Position numbers and translations under genes: made by a program. From Planctomycetales bacterium (GTDB lineage: Bacteria > 4484-113 > JAFGCY01): a stretch of DNA of 32,000 nucleotides. Below the pieces are notes generated by a model. The model was not told where the DNA came from and made no database searches. It saw only the letters and a list, made by a program, of their open reading frames with translations. This document shows positions 23,712-30,704 of the stretch, one piece after another. The stretch is taken from contig CP060262.1 of assembly GCA_022646745.1 (NCBI GenBank), forward strand, positions 840,001-872,000, in the 5' to 3' direction. The first letter of the stretch is position 1. Every line of letters begins with the position of its first letter.

Positions 23712-23738
23712 GTTAACCTCGATTTAACTTGAGTTAAT
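23712..23738 (+). promoter_or_regulatory. Three helically phased hexamers GTTAAC / TTTAAC / GTTAAT (candidate regulator site)
   Basis: Hexamers start at 23712, 23723 and 23733 (11- and 10-bp spacing), about 100 nt upstream of ATG 23834 and just before an AT-rich CAATATACATTCA stretch. Confidence 0.35.
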
Positions 23739-23833
23739 CGAATTTTCAATATACATTCAGGGCAACTGAGCGCCACGCTCCCTCGTGGTGAGGGGCTTTC
23801 TTATTGAGACCCGGGGCGCAGGTTGGAGGAAGT

Positions 23834-24925
23834 ATGCGGTACGTGTACCTGCTCGCCATCCTGGCGACGCTGATCATTGCATCCTGCTCGGGCAACACCG
23901 ACAGTGCGGCAATCGACAACTCCACTCCCGAGCTGCTGGACAAGGGCGACCTTGCCAAGGGAACGAGCACCGTCTATTCAGACCCCGACGCTGACTGGAC
24001 ATGGGAACTGATCGCGGGCCAGCACTACCTTGCCGGCACCGTGACCGTCACCAATGACGAGGATACCCTGTACGTCACCTACAACATGGACCCGGCCTGG
24101 CCGCTGAGCGAGGCCCACGTATATGTGGGCACCGAGCAGCCCAAGAAGGGTGCACCGGGCCAGTTCCCCTACAAGCAGGAGTTCAACCCCGCCGTTTTCA
24201 CTTACACCTTCGAGATCCCGCTTGACGGCTTTGCCGGCAAGAGCCAGATCTTCCTTGCCACCCATGCCAAGACCGGCAGCGAGACCGCCTGGGGCGGCAA
24301 CTGGAACAATGGCAGCCCGAGCTGGGACTTCGGCTGGGGCAAGAAGTGGGGCGGCGGCTTCACCACCAATGTGATGCCGATGCCAGAGCTGCCGGATGAC
24401 AGCGTCACCTACCGCGGCTACCACTACGGCACCATGAGCTACTGGAACATGCGCTTCTTCGACCCCGTCACCCTGCCCCCCGGTTCCTTCTTCCAGGGCG
24501 GCATCGAGTACTGGGCCGGCTGGTGCGTTGACAAGAACCACACCATGTACCCGAACCACGACTATGAAGTCACCCTGTACAGCACCTACGACCAGAACCT
24601 GCCTGCCTTCGCGCAGAATGACAACTGGGACCTGGTGAACTACATGGTGAATGCCCGCCGCAACAACGGCACCGGCATCTGGGACCAGAACTGGAACAGC
24701 AACGCGATCAAGGACCAGTTCCAGGCTGCCTGCTGGAAGTTCAGCGACGGCCTTGACCCCGCCCCCGGTTCACTGGCTGAGGCCTTCGTGAATGACGCCA
24801 TTGCCAACGGCGAGGACTTCATCCCCGGCCCTGGCGAGTTCTACGCGATCCTGCTCTACCCGGACACCAGCACCAACAACAACCAGGTGCGTGCCCAGAT
24901 GAACATCATCGAAGTGGATCCGTAA
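23834..24925 (+). CDS. Lipoprotein, family member A: unassigned N-terminal domain + C-terminal Cys/QxAxW domain (thioester-domain-like, hypothesis)
   Basis: ATG 23834 follows GGAGGAAG. Lipobox signal MRYVYLLAILATLIIASC. Strong C-ending codon bias. Motifs WAGWCVDKNH (Cys codon 24524-24526) and DQFQAACWKFSDG (Gln codon 24722-24724). Confidence 0.9.
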   Translation: MRYVYLLAILATLIIASCSGNTDSAAIDNSTPELLDKGDLAKGTSTVYSDPDADWTWELIAGQHYLAGTVTVTNDEDTLYVTYNMDPAWPLSEAHVYVGTEQPKKGAPGQFPYKQEFNPAVFTYTFEIPLDGFAGKSQIFLATHAKTGSETAWGGNWNNGSPSWDFGWGKKWGGGFTTNVMPMPELPDDSVTYRGYHYGTMSYWNMRFFDPVTLPPGSFFQGGIEYWAGWCVDKNHTMYPNHDYEVTLYSTYDQNLPAFAQNDNWDLVNYMVNARRNNGTGIWDQNWNSNAIKDQFQAACWKFSDGLDPAPGSLAEAFVNDAIANGEDFIPGPGEFYAILLYPDTSTNNNQVRAQMNIIEVDP

Positions 24926-24956
24926 ACCAACTGAGCAATCAATCTCATCAGCACAC

Positions 24957-24988
24957 GGCCTCCCGTACCCACGGGAGGCCATTTTTTT
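24957..24988 (+). terminator. Rho-independent terminator
   Basis: GGCCTCCCG TACCCA CGGGAGGCC (9-bp stem) followed by A TTTTTTT. Confidence 0.85.
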
Positions 24989-25157
24989 GCGCGAATGAGT
25001 TGTCAGTTTCATTATTCAAGCTATTTCACCTCTTTGTTATCTGTATTTAACATTCATCCGATGCAATCCGCCGTAAAATCTGGATAGAGGCTGCACCAGC
25101 CCGCCTCCTGCAAGACAGGGGCCTGCTGAACCAGAGGTGCAACCATGGAGGATTGTC

Positions 25158-26258
25158 ATGCGGAAGATCCTGTCGGCCGCATGGATCGCGGCCCTTATTC
25201 TCATCTCCTGCTCCACGGGGCAGGGCACGATTGGCAACAACGAGAACGCACCATTCCTGGTTGTAAAACCGGAAACCGAGAAGGCAGCCAGCACCCAGCC
25301 CTATGTTGACGACGGCATGGACTGGACCTGGGACCTGATCGCCGGGCAGCACATGCTGGCCGGTACGGTCCATGTCTACAACGACGAGGACAGCATCTAC
25401 ATCGAGTACCACACCTTCGACGACTGGCCGATGTACAGCGCGCATGCCTACTGCGGCACCACGCAGCCCGTCAAGGGTGCCCCGGGCCAGTTCCCGGCCG
25501 GCATCGAGTTTGACGACCCGGTGCACGACTGGAGCTTCAGCTTCCCGCTTGCCGAGATCGGCTACAAGGGCCAGCTCTACCTGGCGGCGCATGCCGATGT
25601 CGGCGAGGGCGGTGGCAACGAGACCGCCTGGGGCGGCTACTGGAATGACGGGGAGCCCTACTGGGACTTCGACTGGAAGAAGTGGGGCGGCGGATTCACA
25701 AGCTGGATCATGCCGATGCCCGGCCTGCCCGAGGGCGCGGTCAGCTACCGCGGCTACCACTACGGCAGCTACAGCTACTGGGACGTGGCCTTCGAGGACA
25801 GCTTCCCGCTGCCGCCCGGTTCCATCGTTGTCAACGGCCAGACCCGCTGGGTCGGCTGGTGCTGCGACAAGGACCACACGATGTACGCGAACAGCCCATA
25901 CGAGGTCACGCTGTACTCCAGCTACGACCCGGACCTGCCGCCGATGGCGCAGGGCATCGCATGGGACATGCTCAACTACATGCTCAACCAGCGCCGCAAC
26001 GGCACTGGCATCTGGGACCGCGACTGGCATGCCAATGGCAACAAGGACCAGTTCCAGAATGCACTGTGGTACTTCACGGAAGGCATCGTGCCGGCGGCCG
26101 GCTCACTGGCGGAGTCATTCGTCAATGACGCACTTACCAACGGCGATGGCTTCATCCCGGGCCCGGGCCAGTTCTACGCCCTGGTCCTCTACCCGGACAC
26201 CAGCACGACCAACCAGTACGTACGGGCGCAGATGAACATCATCGAACTTGACCCGTAG
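25158..26258 (+). CDS. Lipoprotein, family member B (full-length paralogue of 23834..24925)
   Basis: ATG 25158 follows GGAGGA. Lipobox MRKILSAAWIAALILISC. Collinear with A, including WVGWCCDKDH (Cys codons 25860-25865) and DQFQNALWYFTEG (Gln codon 26055-26057). C-terminus is YVRAQMNIIELDP versus QVRAQMNIIEVDP in A. Confidence 0.9.
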   Translation: MRKILSAAWIAALILISCSTGQGTIGNNENAPFLVVKPETEKAASTQPYVDDGMDWTWDLIAGQHMLAGTVHVYNDEDSIYIEYHTFDDWPMYSAHAYCGTTQPVKGAPGQFPAGIEFDDPVHDWSFSFPLAEIGYKGQLYLAAHADVGEGGGNETAWGGYWNDGEPYWDFDWKKWGGGFTSWIMPMPGLPEGAVSYRGYHYGSYSYWDVAFEDSFPLPPGSIVVNGQTRWVGWCCDKDHTMYANSPYEVTLYSSYDPDLPPMAQGIAWDMLNYMLNQRRNGTGIWDRDWHANGNKDQFQNALWYFTEGIVPAAGSLAESFVNDALTNGDGFIPGPGQFYALVLYPDTSTTNQYVRAQMNIIELDP

Positions 26259-26279
26259 TCTGCAGACTGACTGACTTCC

Positions 26280-26311
26280 GGCCCGGCCCCTCCAATCCCG
26301 GGGGCCGGGCC
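26280..26311 (+). other. GC-rich hairpin without a U tract (possible partial terminator or processing site between B and the short paralogue)
   Basis: 11-bp stem GGCCCGGCCCC / GGGGCCGGGCC with a loop of about 10 nt, followed by ATAATCGCG. Confidence 0.4.
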
Positions 26312-26344
26312 ATAATCGCGTTTGCGATCAGTGGGAGGTATTGC

Positions 26345-26893
26345 ATGGGCATCGTCATTTCCATCCTGCTGGCGCTGTTGCTCACAGCCTGCGCCGGCGG
26401 TTCATCCGGTCCCGGCATCCCGTCACGCGGGGCAGCCGGCGACTTCGTCGGCATGAACCCCGGCTGCTGCTGGGAGCTCGTGGCCCGGGAGCGCACCCTG
26501 GCCGGCAGCATCAGTATGCGCAACAACGCCGGACAGATGTTTGTTGAGGTTGAGGCTGCCGAGGGATACCTGCTTGAATCCCTCAGCCTGTACGCCGGCT
26601 GTGAGATCCCAGACAGGGGCAATCCTGCCAGCTTCCCCTGGCAGCTCAAGTTCAATCCGCCGGTGCAATCCTGCACGATTGAGGTTCCGGTGGCGGAGCT
26701 GCCAGCGGAATGCTGCATGCAGATCGCCAGCTTTGCCGTGCTGCGCAGCGGACACGGCAGGCAGCGGGCCTGGGGGGCATACTGGCGGGATGGCAAGGCA
26801 AGTTATGACTTCAGCTGGAAATCCGGTGGCGGGGGCATCAGCACGAAGCTGTTCCCCGTTCCCAAGCCGCCGCCGGACTGCATTGAATACTGA
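26345..26893 (+). CDS. Lipoprotein, family member C: contains only the shared N-terminal domain
   Basis: GGGAGG lies 6 nt before the ATG. Lipobox LLALLLTAC. Aligns to the first ~190 aa of A and B (CCWELVARERTLAGSISM.., ..PASFPW.., ..RAWGAYWRDGKASYDFSWKSGGGG) and ends about 20 aa later. Confidence 0.8.
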   Translation: MGIVISILLALLLTACAGGSSGPGIPSRGAAGDFVGMNPGCCWELVARERTLAGSISMRNNAGQMFVEVEAAEGYLLESLSLYAGCEIPDRGNPASFPWQLKFNPPVQSCTIEVPVAELPAECCMQIASFAVLRSGHGRQRAWGAYWRDGKASYDFSWKSGGGGISTKLFPVPKPPPDCIEY

Positions 26894-26922
26894 CTGGAGC
26901 GGCACTCAGCCGCCTCTGCATG

Positions 26923-26951
26923 GCGCACGCCTCTCCAGGCGTGCGCTTTTT
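26923..26951 (+). terminator. Rho-independent terminator
   Basis: GCGCACGCC TCTCCA GGCGTGCGC (9-bp stem) followed by TTTTT. Confidence 0.8.
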
Positions 26952-27241
26952 CATTACTCGTCAACCACAGCTTGATATTGCCTTTACTTTGGCAAACCCA
27001 TAATTCGTTAATATACCAATGACTCACCTCTGTATCGGAGCGGTGGCCGGGAGCACAACCCGCAGGGCATCCCGGCCGCCGCATCCACTACCCCGGTTTT
27101 CCCTCCACTTCACTGCGATCTCACTGATGCGATACCTCTCTTCCCGGATGCCCGGTTATCCTTGCGGAAGCTGAATATTCCATTTGGCAACATTGCAAAG
27201 ACCAACTGAGCGGATGCAGCAATGCAGGCCACGGAGGGCCT

Positions 27242-28093
27242 ATGATCTCGCAACGGGACCTTGTGCAGCAGCAGCGGATCTGCGTGAGCTATCCCTCGCG
27301 CATAGCCCGTGAATACAGCGAACTGCTGCAGCGGCTCAGTGAACTGCTGCGTCCGGTGCTGGACCTCGTCTACACCTGCCGGCCGGAAACCCTGGAAGAT
27401 GAACTGGAGCGCCTGGCCCAGCGCGCCTGGAAAAGCGGGATGGCCCGCCAGTATGAGCGCGTGCTGCGCGTCAGCCTGCTGTCCATCGAGATGCAGGCCC
27501 GGATGGACCTCAGTGGCAATGCCCCCTCCCAGCTGCAGTTGCGCATGATACTCGACATGCTGGAGCGCCGCAGCCCTGAACTGGTCTGCGACCTGCTGCT
27601 GACACGCGAACTGCTGCTGTGGCGGCTGATCGCTGACAACCATGGCGTGATCCCGCTCTCCCGCGCGGAGCTCTCCGTGCTGCTCGGCAGGCTGGACGGC
27701 CTGATGGAGGACCGCCAGCTCTGGCATGTGCTGGCGATGTGGGCCTTCATGCACCATGACCATGAGCTGATGGTGCGGGCCGCCGAGCTGTTCCTCGTGC
27801 ATCCCGGCGCTTCCCTGAACCAGGCACTCTGGCAACGCGTCAACCTGATGTACCTGCTGCTGGAAGGCCGGGCCAGCCGCCGCGATGTACTGGAAACACT
27901 CAGGGTGCTGAGTGTGCACCCGCAGGTTGAGGAGTTCCGCCTGAACATCCTGCCGGCCTGCATCGCCGCCGGGATCGCCGATGTGGAGGTGATGCGCCTG
28001 CTGGACGAGCGCATCGCGGAGCTGCGCAGCCATGGCTATGAATGGCGTGGCAACGAGGCGCGCACGAAGTCATTGCGCACGCTGACAATCTGA
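27242..28093 (+). CDS. Cytoplasmic all-helical protein of unknown function (283 aa)
   Basis: GGAGGG lies 4 nt before the ATG. Leu/Glu/Arg-rich helical composition and GC3-rich codons. The competing minus ORF 27110..28033 is Gln/His-rich and typical of an antisense frame. Confidence 0.7.
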   Translation: MISQRDLVQQQRICVSYPSRIAREYSELLQRLSELLRPVLDLVYTCRPETLEDELERLAQRAWKSGMARQYERVLRVSLLSIEMQARMDLSGNAPSQLQLRMILDMLERRSPELVCDLLLTRELLLWRLIADNHGVIPLSRAELSVLLGRLDGLMEDRQLWHVLAMWAFMHHDHELMVRAAELFLVHPGASLNQALWQRVNLMYLLLEGRASRRDVLETLRVLSVHPQVEEFRLNILPACIAAGIADVEVMRLLDERIAELRSHGYEWRGNEARTKSLRTLTI

Positions 28094-29377
28094 TCAACGG
28101 CCGATGCGGAACACTTCGAGGTCCATCCCGTTCTCGATAGCCAGCCAGTTCCCGTTAAGCAGCATGTTGCTGTTCATGTCGGAGCGCTCCAGCACAGAGG
28201 TCCACTCCAGGCTGCCATCACTTGAATAGCAGCGCAGCTCGCTGCCCTGCCCGCCGCTGTGCAGCCCGAGCCGCAGGCGCAGGAACTCCTGCCAGGCCAG
28301 GCCCGCCGCCCAGTTCTCCAGCGGGCCGCGTGTGCGGGTCAGTGCCGTTGCCAGATATGTCCGCCCATCCTCCGCGCAGGCCACCTTGCCGATGATGCCA
28401 CGCTGCGGCACATGCCACTCCAGCCTGCCTTCGGCATCATAGCTGCCCAGCCCGCGGTCCAGTTCACGCAGCACCATCCGCCCGCCGGCAATGTCCCAGG
28501 ACTGGCCATCCAGCACCATGTAGCCCTTCAGCATCCGGCCATCCCGGAACTCCATCAGGCCGCGGCCGGCACTGCTTTCCATGCACAGCACCCTGTCGCC
28601 AGTTTCCACCGGCGGCGAATGCCGGCCGTGCAGGTCGATCTGCCACAGGTCTTCATGCGTGCCGTCGGCAAACAGCCGGCGCAGCATGTATTCGCCTTGC
28701 CCGTTCTGCCCGAGCAGCGGGTCGGCCTGCACCGTCACGAGGATGCTGCCATCCTCCCAGCCATCCTTCTCGCAGTAGTGGCTGCCATTGCCAGCCATGC
28801 TGTCTGTCCAGGCTTCCGTACTCCACAGCAGCCGGCCTTCATAGTCCAGCGCATAGAGCGTGCCGTAGTGGTCATTCCAGCAGGTGAATGGCGGGATGTT
28901 GTCAACTCCGCCGGCGTAAGGCTGCCAGGCATGTTCGCCACCGACATGCTCGAAGGGTGAGAATCGCCATACCACATTGCCGTCCGGCTGGAAGGCCACC
29001 AGCATGCCGGACCGGTTCTCCGCCACCACAGTGCCATCCTGCTGGCTGACAATCCGGCTGAACAGCGGGGACCATTCCACATCGAATTGCCGCCCGGCAC
29101 TCCAGTGCTCACGGCCCTGCCAGTCCAGCGCACGCAGTGAGTATGGCTCGCTGTCCATGTCCTGCACGTAGCAGCGACCGGCCGGGTCCAGCCCGATCAG
29201 TTCGCTGCGCCCCAGCGCAGCAGGGATCGTGCGGTGCGGCGGCACACGCATCCCGGAAACCGAGGCCGTGCGGATGCCTAGCACGAGGAATGGCAACAGG
29301 AAGGGCAGTAGCTGCAGCCAGGGCCGCCTGTCGCGCAGCGGGTGTCCCCGCAGGATTGTCCCCGCACCCGGATCCAT
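28094..29377 (-). CDS. Membrane-anchored PQQ-like/BamB-like beta-propeller repeat protein
   Basis: N-terminal hydrophobic anchor WLQLLPFLLPFLVLGI. Recurrent propeller-blade motifs LVAFQPDGNVVWRF, LYALDYEGRLLWST, GSYDAEGRLEWHV and RCYSSDGSLEWTS. Confidence 0.8.
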   Translation of the reverse strand: MDPGAGTILRGHPLRDRRPWLQLLPFLLPFLVLGIRTASVSGMRVPPHRTIPAALGRSELIGLDPAGRCYVQDMDSEPYSLRALDWQGREHWSAGRQFDVEWSPLFSRIVSQQDGTVVAENRSGMLVAFQPDGNVVWRFSPFEHVGGEHAWQPYAGGVDNIPPFTCWNDHYGTLYALDYEGRLLWSTEAWTDSMAGNGSHYCEKDGWEDGSILVTVQADPLLGQNGQGEYMLRRLFADGTHEDLWQIDLHGRHSPPVETGDRVLCMESSAGRGLMEFRDGRMLKGYMVLDGQSWDIAGGRMVLRELDRGLGSYDAEGRLEWHVPQRGIIGKVACAEDGRTYLATALTRTRGPLENWAAGLAWQEFLRLRLGLHSGGQGSELRCYSSDGSLEWTSVLERSDMNSNMLLNGNWLAIENGMDLEVFRIGR

Positions 29378-29455
29378 CCATCCAGTCTAGCAAGCAAAGT
29401 CCCGCTATGGGCGCGGATGAAACCCCGCAGCGCAATTTGCTGTCCCACCACTGCT

Positions 29456-29677
29456 ATGGATGCTATCTTTAGTGTCATGCCGGACCTGCAACTTGCACTG
29501 CTGGAAATGAACCGCGGCCTGATCCCCTGGCTGTTCACGGGCAGCCTGCTGATGGGCATCCTCGCCTACTTCGTGGGCGAGAAGCAGGGCAATGGCTGCC
29601 TCGGCTGCATCCTCGGGCTGATCCTTGGACCCGTCGGACTGATCATCACGGCGCTGATGGGCCGCGGCCGCAGCTGA
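29456..29677 (+). CDS. Small two-helix membrane protein (66-73 aa)
   Basis: Start at ATG 29456 or 29477; the track start 29342 overlaps the divergent gene. Hydrophobic segments LIPWLFTGSLLMGILAYFV and GCLGCILGLILGPVGLIITALMG, with a basic end GRGRS. Confidence 0.6.
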   Translation: MDAIFSVMPDLQLALLEMNRGLIPWLFTGSLLMGILAYFVGEKQGNGCLGCILGLILGPVGLIITALMGRGRS

Positions 29678-29678
29678 A

Positions 29679-29846
29679 ATGCGGCCTGCCCGCCTGCGCT
29701 TCGGCACCCGGCTGGTGCTCGTGAACCTGTTCGCGGCCCTGGCGATCGCGGTTGCCGCATACTACTTCTTCAAGAGCACCTTCGGCTACATCCCGAGCCC
29801 GTTTACGGTCTCATCAGAACTGATGGACGAGATCGAGGGCCAATAG
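29679..29846 (+). CDS. Small single-pass membrane protein (55 aa), not in the ORF track
   Basis: ATG 29679 lies 1 nt after the upstream TGA. Sequence MRPARLRFGTRLVLVNLFAALAIAVAAYYFFKSTFGYIPSPFTVSSELMDEIEGQ, stop TAG 29844-29846. GC3/C-ending codon bias is very strong (CTG, GTG, TTC, TAC, AAG, ATC). Confidence 0.6.
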   Translation: MRPARLRFGTRLVLVNLFAALAIAVAAYYFFKSTFGYIPSPFTVSSELMDEIEGQ

Positions 29847-29903
29847 GGAACAAGCGCGCCCTATACTGGTCTGATCATCATCTGGGTTTGAAGGGAGCTG
29901 GGG

Positions 29904-30704
29904 ATGATCCGTTTGCGCAAATACGCGGCAGCAGTCGCCGCCTTGTTACTTCTGTTGCCCCTCGGGGCCGCCAAGGCCTCTCCGAATGATTCCACCATCA
30001 ACGTGATGCAGGCTGCACAGCTGGCATCCGCGGGGATCGGCGAGGCCGCCACACAGTCGCTTCAGCATGAACGGCCGGCTGGCTGGCGCTCGAAGGAGTT
30101 GCCGGGCCACGGCTACTGGGTGAATGTACGCGTCCGCCCGGTGGATGACCCGACTGGCCTCACACAGGAGGTGCTGGTTTCATTGGATGGCCGCGAGCGG
30201 GATGCGCTGTACTGCGACAACATCACCCGCGGCTACCAGCAGGACGGGAACTTCATCTCCGCCTGGCATGTGCGCAACCTCGTCTGGGTGGTGAAGGATG
30301 ACGCGCTGGATGAGCTGCTCTCCGGCGAGCCCTGGACGATTGAGCATCCCAAAGGAAGTTCAGACTGGCCGCAGGGCATGACCCATGCGGCCTTTGAGCG
30401 CATCATTGGGAAGAGCACGAAGCTGACCGCCGGCGAGCTGCACATCTTCTGCTACAGCGACGCCGGCGACAGGCTGGAGATCGACATTGATGAGGTTGAC
30501 AACAGCTACCGGGTGCAGGCGATGCTCGCCCCGGACCTGCCGCTGGCCGGCAGCCTGCTGAAGGAAATCGATGTGGACTCACGGCACAGTGACTACGCCG
30601 AACTGACCCTGCAGGCCCGCCCGGGAGCGATCGGCTGGCTGGACCCCTTTGGCAACACGGTGGTGCTGGCCCCCGCAAGGGCCTCGGAACAGGAGGAGAA
30701 GTGA
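29904..30704 (+). CDS. Secreted protein of unknown function, ELHIF-family paralogue 1
   Basis: Signal peptide MIRLRKYAAAVAALLLLLPLGAAKA. Shares RGYQ(Q/L)D and (A/V)(G/D)ELHIF.Y....R(L/I)(E/D).. blocks with the next gene. Confidence 0.8.
   Translation: MIRLRKYAAAVAALLLLLPLGAAKASPNDSTINVMQAAQLASAGIGEAATQSLQHERPAGWRSKELPGHGYWVNVRVRPVDDPTGLTQEVLVSLDGRERDALYCDNITRGYQQDGNFISAWHVRNLVWVVKDDALDELLSGEPWTIEHPKGSSDWPQGMTHAAFERIIGKSTKLTAGELHIFCYSDAGDRLEIDIDEVDNSYRVQAMLAPDLPLAGSLLKEIDVDSRHSDYAELTLQARPGAIGWLDPFGNTVVLAPARASEQEEK

Noticed and set aside
27019-27174. 51-aa plus-strand ORF (MTHLCIGAVAGSTTRRASRPPHPLPRF...) in the ORF-free spacer
   Set aside because: No ribosome-binding site, mixed codon usage, and a Pro/Arg/Ser-rich, non-protein-like sequence.
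27184-27199. TTGGCAACATTGCAAA, resembling a sigma54 -24/-12 promoter (TGGCAC-N5-TTGC)
   Set aside because: The GG-to-GC spacing is about 3 nt too short for the sigma54 consensus.
27110-28033. 307-aa minus-strand ORF overlapping the 27242..28093 gene
   Set aside because: Low-complexity Gln/His-rich translation with no Shine-Dalgarno. The plus frame has GC3-rich codons, a GGAGGG ribosome-binding site and coherent helical sequence. Some uncertainty remains because neither frame has a recognisable family.
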